This document shows, piece by piece, positions 54,040 through 64,000 of a stretch of DNA of 64,000 bases. Each line of letters begins with the position of its first letter. Positions within the stretch are counted from its first letter, which is position 1. Below the pieces are notes generated by a model that was given only the letters and a program-made list of their open reading frames with translations, did no database searches and was not told the origin of the DNA. Origin of the DNA: an uncultured Phycisphaerales bacterium (lineage in GTDB: Bacteria > Planctomycetota > Phycisphaerae > Phycisphaerales > UBA1924). The translations under genes were made by a program, and so were the position numbers. Location of the stretch: the NCBI GenBank assembly GCA_965652365.1, contig CBFGUD010000005.1, positions 22,136-86,135 on the forward strand, written 5' to 3'.

Positions 54040-54591
54040 ATGCGCCAGATCACGCTTATCTCAACCGGCGGGACCATCGAGAAAACGTACGACGAACACG
54101 CCGGCACCCTCTCGAACCGATCCTCCATCGTCCAGGAGATGCTCCGGCTCCTCCGCCTCGAGGACACCCAGATCAACACCCTCCAGCTCATGCAGAAGGA
54201 CTCGCTGGACCTCACCGACGCGGACCGCACACGCATCGTCGACGCCGTCCGACTCATCATGGGCCCCTCCACCGACGACCCCATCACCGACCCCGCCGGA
54301 TGCGCCGGCGTCATCATCCTCCACGGCACCGACACCCTCAGCCAAACCGGGGAATGGCTCCACCGCGCCCTGGGCAACGACCTCCACGTCCCCGTCATCC
54401 TCACCGGCGCCATGCGCCCCTTCGAGATGAAACGCTCCGACGCCCTCCAGAACCTCAACGAAGCCATCTTCGCCACCGGCGTCCTCGGCCCGGGCGTCTA
54501 CGTCGTCGCCCACGGCCGCGCCCTCAAGTTCCCCGGCCCCATCAAGGACCGCGAACGGGGCACGTTCATCATCCCCACCCGTCAGCCCTGA
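54040..54591 (+). CDS. asparaginase-family protein consisting of the N-terminal domain only
   Basis: ISTGGTIEK (catalytic Thr loop), ILHGTDTL, VILTGAMRP. Only 183 aa, so the C-terminal domain of type I/II asparaginases is absent. Confidence 0.7.
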   Translation: MRQITLISTGGTIEKTYDEHAGTLSNRSSIVQEMLRLLRLEDTQINTLQLMQKDSLDLTDADRTRIVDAVRLIMGPSTDDPITDPAGCAGVIILHGTDTLSQTGEWLHRALGNDLHVPVILTGAMRPFEMKRSDALQNLNEAIFATGVLGPGVYVVAHGRALKFPGPIKDRERGTFIIPTRQP

Positions 54592-55480
54592 GCGGATTCC
54601 AGCTCCGGGTTCAACTCGAACCCGAGCACCCGCGCGATCCGTGCGGCCCGCGCATACCCGAGCACCACCTCAGTATCGTCGGCCAGCAGATCCGTCGGTA
54701 CCGGAAACCCCTGCGCCGGCAGCTCAACAACCCGCCCATCATCGAGCAGCGCCGCGAGCCGAACTGTTTTGGTAAACAACCCGCGTTTCACATACGCCGC
54801 GCTCTCCACCCTGTTCATGTCGATCTCGACCTCCCGGAGCCCTCGCAGCCCGAGCGTCAGCACCGCGAGCTTCCCCGAGCCCGGATGAAACTGCCATTCC
54901 AGGGTCTGCCGATCACAGAGCATCGCGACCAATATCGCAAGATACCCCACGATCGCCGCAGTGATCTTCACAATCGCAAGCGCCCGAGGTCCACCGATCA
55001 ATAGCTGCCAAAACAGGACCCCCAACCCACTAACGATCACCACAAGCAGCACAAGCCGTGCGACCCAGAACACACGCGCCCAACGCACATCCGAACGGAA
55101 CGCATGGATGTGCCCATCCTCGGAGACTCGGATCCGGAACGCGCCGAGTACGTCCCCGTCCTCGACCCCGAGCGAATGCACATCGCCCGGAGTCAGCAAC
55201 GCAGCATGCTTGTGAAATCGCCGATTTGTCATCCACCGAATCAACGCCACCGGGATCGTTGTGAGCAGCATCACTACGAACACGATCCCAGCAATCGGGA
55301 ACAGTACCCTGATCGGATACCCCGACGACCACGCGTGATACCCAACAAAGCACAACGCGACCGGCAACACCAACGCGGTCATCACGAACAGCTTCTCAAC
55401 CGTGAGCAGCCGTTTCCGGCGCGCATCGAGAAGCTCGAGTTCGACGAGCATGAACCGAGCATCGTCGCTCGATCCGACCA

Positions 55481-55481
<1 letters not shown>
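54582..55481 (-). CDS. four-TM membrane protein, function unknown (lower GC)
   Basis: ATG at 55481 shares one base with the gcvP stop (TGATG). Four hydrophobic helices alternate with two soluble segments. A hand count at 54961-55020 gives ~55% G+C. Confidence 0.5.
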
Positions 55482-58408
<2,927 letters not shown>

Positions 58409-58523
58409 ACGCTCTCACAATCCGGAGGTGAACACCCACCGTCTGCGCCGGATGGGTCCCGGATCATAGGTACCACGACCAGATTTCTCGATCAGCCCAC
58501 CCCTATCCCCCGACCACCCCGGA

Positions 58524-59060
58524 TCAGTACCGGATCACCGAATGCACGTCCGCGTGACCCGTCAGCTTCGAGCGCCCCTCCAGGAACCCCAGCTCGATGA
58601 GCACCGTGATCCCCTCGATCTGCGCCCCCATCTGCGCCACGAGCTCGCACGACGCGCGCATCGTCCCCCCCGTCGCGAGCAGGTCGTCCACGAGCAGCAC
58701 CCGCTGACCCTCCAGGATCGCGTCCTTGTGGATCTCCAGCGCGTCCGACCCATACTCGAGCTCGTAATCCGCCTTGTGCACCTCGCGCGGGAGCTTCCCC
58801 GGCTTCCGCACCGGGACAAACCCCGCGCTCAACGCCTGCGCGATCGCGATCCCGAAAATGAACCCCCTCGACTCCGCCCCGATCACCAGGTCGATCTTCC
58901 GACCCCGGTACGGGTTCGCCATCAGCTCCACCGACAACGCCAGCGAAGGCGGATCCGCCAGCAGCGGCGTGAAGTCCTTGAACATCACCCCGGGCTTGGG
59001 GAAGTCCGGGACATCGCGGATCTTCTCCGCGAGCCGCTTCGACGCGTCATCGATCTTCAT
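58524..59060 (-). CDS. apt: adenine phosphoribosyltransferase
   Basis: DFPKPGVMFKDFTPLL and PRPP loop VLLVDDLLATGGT. ATG at 59060 lies 7 nt after GGAG. Confidence 0.9.
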   Translation of the reverse strand: MKIDDASKRLAEKIRDVPDFPKPGVMFKDFTPLLADPPSLALSVELMANPYRGRKIDLVIGAESRGFIFGIAIAQALSAGFVPVRKPGKLPREVHKADYELEYGSDALEIHKDAILEGQRVLLVDDLLATGGTMRASCELVAQMGAQIEGITVLIELGFLEGRSKLTGHADVHSVIRY

Positions 59061-59188
59061 CCGCATCTCCTGTCCAACGCGAACCCCGCGCCGCAACCAC
59101 GAGCGTAGCCGCTTCAAACCACCCCCGCCCGTCTGGTATCATCGCCGCCGGGCCGCCCCACCACCGCGCGCCCGACCGGAGATCGCCC

Positions 59189-59695
59189 GTGCCCCTCCCC
59201 CCGATGCGCCCCACCTTCGACCTCGAGGTCCCCCTCGGACCCGAGCGCTCGATCCAGTCGCTCCGAACCCTCCGCCAATCCCACCGGGAGACCCTCGTCG
59301 TCAAGAACGCCGGGCACCACCTCATGCTCTCCGTCGTCGGCGACGAGCGCCACCTCTGGTCCCCCTGGCTCAGTCTCGAAATCAAACCCCACGACCCCGG
59401 CGCCCTCGTCCACGGACGCTTCAGCCCCGCGCCCGCGCTCTGGACCGGGATCATCCTCGCCTGGATCGCGATCGCCACCCTCGTCTTCTTCGCGATCGTC
59501 TTCGCGCTCTCCCAGCACCTCTCCGAATCCGCGCCCACCGCGCTCTGGGCGCTCATCCCCCTCACCCTCATCGCCGCCGCCCTCTACACCACCTCCCAGA
59601 TCGGGCAGCGCCTCGCCCAAGACCAGATGCGCCTGCTCTACGACACCACCACCCGCGCCCTCGGGCTCGACATCCCCGCTTCCGCGGATCCCTGA
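59189..59695 (+). CDS. hypothetical membrane protein
   Basis: 168 aa. Soluble N-terminal half, then two TM helices (LWTGIILAWIAIATLVFFAIVFAL, LWALIPLTLIAAALY). Confidence 0.5.
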   Translation: MPLPPMRPTFDLEVPLGPERSIQSLRTLRQSHRETLVVKNAGHHLMLSVVGDERHLWSPWLSLEIKPHDPGALVHGRFSPAPALWTGIILAWIAIATLVFFAIVFALSQHLSESAPTALWALIPLTLIAAALYTTSQIGQRLAQDQMRLLYDTTTRALGLDIPASADP

Positions 59696-59720
59696 CACCC
59701 CCGCCGCCGTACGATCCTCC

Positions 59721-60278
59721 ATGCACACCCCCCTCCCCCTCCGCATCGCCGCCGCGCTGATCCTCGCCGCCCTCCCCCTCGCGCTGGGCGCGTGCGAGGA
59801 CCGCAACAAGGACGAGAACGACGAGCTCATCCGCCTCGACGTCGCCCCCCACGTCAACGCTGTCCGCCAGGCCGAGCGCGACTGGGCGTGGGTCTCCGGG
59901 ACGCGCTGGATCGCCACCGCGATCGAGGGCGCCGCGCCCCTCGAGGGCTCCACCCTCTGGCTCCACTTCGAGGACGGCAACACCTGGGTCTACGGGTCCG
60001 CCGGGTGCAACCGCATCACCGGGGGCTACACCCGCATCGGGATCGACGGGCTCCAGTTCAAGAACCTCGCCGTCACCCGCATGATGTGCCCCGACCCCAA
60101 GGGCATCATGCAACAGGAAGCACGCTTCCTCCACCTCCTCGGACAAACCGACGCCTACCACGCCGAGCCCGATCTCCTCACCATGTCCGTGGACGGCGTC
60201 ACCGTCCTCCGCTTCACCCACGAATCCGCGGCCACCCCCGAGACTCCCGACGATCCCGAATCGTCCGAAACCCCCTGA
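59721..60278 (+). CDS. META-domain (HslJ-like) lipoprotein
   Basis: Lipobox LALGAC. GSAGCNRITGGY..LQFKNLAVTRMMC.. META signature. Confidence 0.8.
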   Translation: MHTPLPLRIAAALILAALPLALGACEDRNKDENDELIRLDVAPHVNAVRQAERDWAWVSGTRWIATAIEGAAPLEGSTLWLHFEDGNTWVYGSAGCNRITGGYTRIGIDGLQFKNLAVTRMMCPDPKGIMQQEARFLHLLGQTDAYHAEPDLLTMSVDGVTVLRFTHESAATPETPDDPESSETP

Positions 60279-60294
60279 ACCACGCCGGAAACAA

Positions 60295-60326
60295 GGACAC
60301 CCGCTCGGAGATCCAAGCGGGTGTCC
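60295..60326. terminator. bidirectional hairpin terminator between convergent genes
   Basis: ggacacccgct-cggagatcca-agcgggtgtcc (11-bp perfect stem). Minus-strand tail UUGUUUCC, plus-strand tail cgggUUUc. Confidence 0.5.
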
Positions 60327-60387
60327 CGGGTTTCAGCACCATGGGAACGCGTGAGGAGACCGCAAGGCCCCCGGGCGTTCGGATCGA

Positions 60388-60996
60388 TCAGTTCCGCCGA
60401 CGACCGGCAACGAGCCCGCCCAGGCCGAGCAGGACCAGCGCCGAAGGCGAAGGCACCAGGTTCACCGACGCGGACCCGAACGAGCCCTGCGCGTCGTTGG
60501 TGAAGGTCCCGCTGTCCGCGTCGTAGATCTCGATGTCGAACGGCGCGAGCGCGTCGCTGATGAGGTTCAGGTCGAGCACCCCCGTCGAGCCCGCGAGGAC
60601 CTCGATCGAGAGCGACGCGATGTTCGAACCACCGCCCGCCAGCGCCGAGTCGGGCGAGGGCGGAAGGAACGGCGGGAAGATCACCTGACCGTAGACGAGC
60701 CCGTTGTGGTCGCCACCTCCGGCGTAGCCGCGGTTCGCCTCACCGACCGCCGCCCACGCCGCCGCCGTCGCGTCAACGAAGACGACCGCGTCCGTCGCGC
60801 CCGTGGAATCGAGCGCGAACGAACCGCCGGCCACGTGCGTCCCGAAGTCCGCGTTCACGACGATGTCAACCGTGAAGACCGTGGTGACCGTGGTGTCGAC
60901 CGTCGAGGGCGCACCCTCGATGCTCAGCGACCACGACTGCGCCGCGGCGCCCGACGCGAGACCCGCGACAGCGCCCAGAATCAGTGCCTTGTTCAT
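60388..60996 (-). CDS. PEP-CTERM-anchored secreted protein (copy A)
   Basis: 202 aa from ATG 60996 (SD GAGGAG). Signal peptide MNKALILGAVAGLASGAAAQ. C-terminal VPSPSALVLLGLGGLVAGRRRN (PEP-CTERM-type sorting signal). Confidence 0.8.
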   Translation of the reverse strand: MNKALILGAVAGLASGAAAQSWSLSIEGAPSTVDTTVTTVFTVDIVVNADFGTHVAGGSFALDSTGATDAVVFVDATAAAWAAVGEANRGYAGGGDHNGLVYGQVIFPPFLPPSPDSALAGGGSNIASLSIEVLAGSTGVLDLNLISDALAPFDIEIYDADSGTFTNDAQGSFGSASVNLVPSPSALVLLGLGGLVAGRRRN

Positions 60997-61292
60997 GTCT
61001 TTCTCCTCTTCTCTCAATCTCTCAAATGGGAAATCCAACCGATACGCTGGAACAACGATGCCGTTCCTGACCCGTATTGGACGGAGCGTACCCAACCCGA
61101 TTCCCCCGACAACTCGGGCGAAACCACGCGCCCCGAGCGATCGAGCCATAAACCCTTGGCGGCGACGCCGTTGTGCCCGCCGTGAAGTTGTCTGAACACA
61201 CGAAACCATGACACAATCCCCCAAATCTGAACCGGATCGGGGGAGGTCGCGATCACGAACTCGGGAGCCCGGATCGCCGCGTCGGAGCGATC

Positions 61293-61329
61293 CAAAAAGA
61301 ACGCTCGCCCGGCGAACCGGGCGAGCGTT
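61293..61329 (-). terminator. intrinsic terminator after PEP-CTERM copy B
   Basis: Minus strand reads AACGCUCGCCCGG-UUCG-CCGGGCGAGCGUU (13-bp perfect stem) followed by CUUUUUGG, about 45 nt after the stop at 61374. Confidence 0.75.
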
Positions 61330-61373
61330 GCGTTCAAACAGTCAACTGCAGTGCAGTCGGTGCCGAAGCCGGA

Positions 61374-61982
61374 TTAGCGGCGACGACGACCCGCGACCAG
61401 ACCGCCGAGACCCAGGAGGGCCATGGCCGACGGAGCCGGGACGAGGTTGACCGACGCGGAGCCGTAGGAGCCCGCACCAGCGTTGTTGAACTCGCCGGTG
61501 GCTTCGTCCCAGATCTCGAGACCGAAGGGCGACTGCCCGTCGGCGGCGAGGTTGAGGTTCAGGAGGCCGGTCGAGCCCGCGAGGACTTCGATGACCAGCG
61601 AACCGACGATGACGTCACCGTTCGCGAACGCCGACTCGGGGGCCGGGTTCAGGAAGGGCGGGAAGATGACCTGGCCGAAGACCAGACCGGCGTGGTCGCC
61701 GTTACCGAGGTAACCACGATCGTTCTCGCCGATGGCGGCCCACATGGAGGCCGACGCGTCAACGTTGACAACCGCGGCGTCAGCGCCGGTGCTGTCGAGC
61801 TCGAACGCGCCACCGGCGACGTGCGTGCCGAAGTCGGCGGTCGCGATCACGTCAACCGTGAACACGGTCGTGACGGTCGTGTTGATCGAGGCGGGGGCGC
61901 CAGAGATCGAGAGCGACCAGGACTGAGCGGAAGCGGCGGTCGCGAGACCGGCAACAGCGGCGAGCGCAATAGCGTTCTTCAT
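61374..61982 (-). CDS. PEP-CTERM-anchored secreted protein (copy B)
   Basis: 202 aa from ATG 61982 (SD GAGGAG). Gap-free alignment to copy A, roughly two-thirds identical by eye. C-terminal VPAPSAMALLGLGGLVAGRRRR. Confidence 0.8.
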   Translation of the reverse strand: MKNAIALAAVAGLATAASAQSWSLSISGAPASINTTVTTVFTVDVIATADFGTHVAGGAFELDSTGADAAVVNVDASASMWAAIGENDRGYLGNGDHAGLVFGQVIFPPFLNPAPESAFANGDVIVGSLVIEVLAGSTGLLNLNLAADGQSPFGLEIWDEATGEFNNAGAGSYGSASVNLVPAPSAMALLGLGGLVAGRRRR

Positions 61983-62286
61983 TTCAAATCTCCTCACTTG
62001 GGAAAGTCTTCTCTTTGGTTCAAAGAGAACCATAATGCTGTGGAAACGAACGACTCGTTCCTGACCCGATTGAACAGTAATCCAAGGTCACACCCGATGC
62101 AAGGGGAATGCAGAATCGAACTGCGCAATTTTCCGCCTCAAACCGCCCATTTCCGATAAAACACCCAACAAAGCCCCGCCAAACCCGTTCCTGATCCCTC
62201 GCCAAATCTCCCAAACCACTGCACAACAACAACTTTCGACCGCACCCAGACCCGAGAACCACCACAACACCCTGAAAACCCCTCAT

Positions 62287-62844
62287 TTACACCCGCCGCC
62301 ACGACTCGATCGTGAACCCCACCGCGTGACGATCGTCCGGCTCGTGACCCTCGCTCGACTCGAGCACCCACCCATCCGGATCCAGATCCGGGTACCGCGT
62401 GTCCCCCTCCACCGACGCATGCACCCGCGTCCGCACCACCCGGTACGTCCACTCCAGCGTCGCCCTGTAGATCTCACCCCCCCCAGCGACCCACAACGTC
62501 GACCGCCCGAGCCGCTTCGTCTCGTGGAGCCCCATCGCGATCGCCGCGTCGAGCGAACGCGCCACCATCACGTTCTCCCCCGCCCCATCCTGCTCCATCG
62601 AACGCGACACCACGATGTTCGTCCGCCCGTCGAGCGCCTTGGGGAGCGACTCGAACGTCTTCCGACCCATGATGATCGCGTGCCCCTTCGTCGACCGCAT
62701 GAAGTGCTTCAGATCGTCAGGCAGCGACCAGGGCAGGTCCCCGTCCACCCCGATCACCCCGTTCTCCGCGCACGCGACGATCTGCGCGATCTCGATCTCT
62801 GTCGCCCCGGTCTGCGTCGCCGTGCTGGTCGTGTCGCCCGCCAC
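62287..62844 (-). CDS. folA: dihydrofolate reductase
   Basis: ..IVACAENGVIGVDGDLPWSLPDDLKHFMRSTKGHAIIMGRKTFESLP.. is the DHFR signature. Confidence 0.9.
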   Translation of the reverse strand: MAGDTTSTATQTGATEIEIAQIVACAENGVIGVDGDLPWSLPDDLKHFMRSTKGHAIIMGRKTFESLPKALDGRTNIVVSRSMEQDGAGENVMVARSLDAAIAMGLHETKRLGRSTLWVAGGGEIYRATLEWTYRVVRTRVHASVEGDTRYPDLDPDGWVLESSEGHEPDDRHAVGFTIESWRRV

Positions 62845-62852
62845 GCCCGACC

Positions 62853-64000
62853 TTAGCGCCCGAGCAGCGTGATCGTCAGCTCATCATGCAGCGTCCCCCG
62901 GCGCGTCGACACCCGGACCGCCTCCCCCGGGCCGTAGTCCGAGAGCACCCGGATCAGCTCGTGGAGATCCCGCGTCGCGCGCCCGTTGATCGCCGTGATC
63001 ACCGTCCCCATCCGCAGCCCCGTCCTCGACCGCGCCGCCCCCGGGAGCTCGGTCACCACCACCCCGTCCCCCGACCCGTTCTCGATCCCCACCCCGATCG
63101 TCGCATCCAGATCCGACCCCGTCTCCGCGACGACCGGGAGCGCCGCCACATATTCGCGGTACTTTGCCTCGATCTCGTCGAGCTCCATCCCCATCGCCCC
63201 CTCGAGTGCCGTGAGCCCCGACGGGTCCGCCGAGTACCCCCGCGCATACCGCTGGTAGAAATCCTTGAGCGTCCCCTCCGCGAGCAGGAACATCATCACC
63301 GTCCGCGCGTGCGCGTACTTCGCCAGCGGCCTCGACGACGTGAACCGCGCCAGGCCCGTCCCCGCCAGCTCCTCCAGAGTCGGCAGCCGACGCACGTCCA
63401 GCAGCCGCTTGACCATATTGGTCCGCCACGACGCCACCGGCACCAGTTCCCCACCCACCATGTCGTAGTCCTCGACCAGCGACGCCAGCCCCTCCTGCAC
63501 CCACGCCGCCTGGTTCTGCCCCATCCGCGACATGTCGCGCCAGTGGAGCACATGGATGAACTCGTGCCGAAGCGTCGCCCCCAGGTCCTGCGCCACGAGC
63601 CGCCGCTGCTGATGCTCGTACGCGCCCCCCACGCTGGAAATGGACCCCCGCACCCCCTCCCCGAACACCTCCGTCGCCCACCGCACGAACCCCACCCGCT
63701 CGGGGAGCGTGATCGTCACCCAGTGCTGGTCCTCGATCGGGACCAGGTCCAGGTTCGTGAACAGCTCCCGCTGCGCCCACGCCGCGATCCGCTCGAGCTC
63801 CTCCACGCTCTGGTCCGTCGAGACCGGGTCGTGGGCGCTCATCACCTGCACCCGCAGATCGCCGAGCGTCCGCGTCTCGCGGTGCTTGCGGATCAGCCCC
63901 GTCGCGCGCGCCAGGTCCAGGTTCCGGCGCGCCTCGATCACGTCCGCCCAGTGCTCAATCAGTTCCTTGTAATCGTCCGTCCCCCGGATCGCCGAGAGGT
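62853..64000 (-). CDS. PDZ-domain zinc metalloprotease-like protein (5' end outside window)
   Basis: HExxH (LRHEFIHVLHW) in an MA-clan-like domain. C-terminal PDZ (GDGVVVTELPGAARSRTGLRMGTVITAINGRA). The frame stays open to the window edge beyond the listed GTG at 63941. Confidence 0.7.
   Translation of the reverse strand, partial: LSAIRGTDDYKELIEHWADVIEARRNLDLARATGLIRKHRETRTLGDLRVQVMSAHDPVSTDQSVEELERIAAWAQRELFTNLDLVPIEDQHWVTITLPERVGFVRWATEVFGEGVRGSISSVGGAYEHQQRRLVAQDLGATLRHEFIHVLHWRDMSRMGQNQAAWVQEGLASLVEDYDMVGGELVPVASWRTNMVKRLLDVRRLPTLEELAGTGLARFTSSRPLAKYAHARTVMMFLLAEGTLKDFYQRYARGYSADPSGLTALEGAMGMELDEIEAKYREYVAALPVVAETGSDLDATIGVGIENGSGDGVVVTELPGAARSRTGLRMGTVITAINGRATRDLHELIRVLSDYGPGEAVRVSTRRGTLHDELTITLLGR

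Larger units (their letters stand above)
60388..62230 (-). repeat. tandem duplication of a ~986-bp unit (PEP-CTERM gene plus its 5' region)
   Basis: Stops (60388/61374) and starts (60996/61982) are both offset by 986 nt. Upstream motifs cgttcctgacccg (61061/62056) and ccaaatct (about 61221/62202) recur at similar offsets. Confidence 0.7.

Noticed and set aside
58409-58523. Possible glycine riboswitch in the 115-nt leader of gcvP
   Set aside because: Neither strand shows the conserved glycine-aptamer cores as I recall them (GGAGAG..., CACCGAAGGGGCAA, CUCUGGAGAG-type segments). The leader is also too short for a tandem aptamer. An Rfam scan would settle it.
62160-62167. TCCGATAA on the plus strand in the folA / PEP-CTERM intergenic region
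   Set aside because: The nearest TCAA is only 10 nt upstream, and no plus-strand gene lies downstream.

Overview
High-GC (~70% by eye) bacterial chromosome segment. The gene content (LpxI, PEP-CTERM proteins, a Firmicute/spirochaete-style flagellar operon) hints at a PVC/Planctomycetota-like organism, at low confidence. About 26 kb (3.6-29.1 kb) is one minus-strand flagellar superoperon: flgB-flgC-fliE / fliF-G-H-I-J-ylxF-like-fliK-flgD-orf-flgE / flbD / motA-motB-fliL / fliN-O-P-Q-R-flhB-flhA-flhF-flhG / small membrane orf-fliA. Just upstream lies a FlgN-like orf, a histidine kinase and a sigma-54 enhancer-binding response regulator. Reading the intergenic regions gave five copies of the motif TCAA-N16-nCCGATAn, taken as the FliA (sigma-28) promoter of this organism, plus three weaker sigma-54-like elements. 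The rest is mostly housekeeping: xerC/D-like recombinase, folK, lpxI, tlyA-like, obg, Y-family polymerase, M29 aminopeptidase, skp-like, nadB, gcvP, apt, folA. Several accessory features are interspersed. The best candidate for an undescribed system is a sharply low-GC three-gene cassette at 39.6-41.4 kb, holding a dual-OB-like protein and two DUF488 paralogs. Others are four TPR-sulfotransferase paralogs (one with degenerate PAPS motifs), a tandemly duplicated PEP-CTERM gene pair with a shared upstream motif, and a low-GC membrane orf coupled to gcvP. No rRNA, tRNA, CRISPR array, transposase or integrase was seen. The ORF track translates GTG/TTG starts as M and always reports the longest ORF, so many starts were re-picked from SD sequences, stop/start overlaps and family N-termini.
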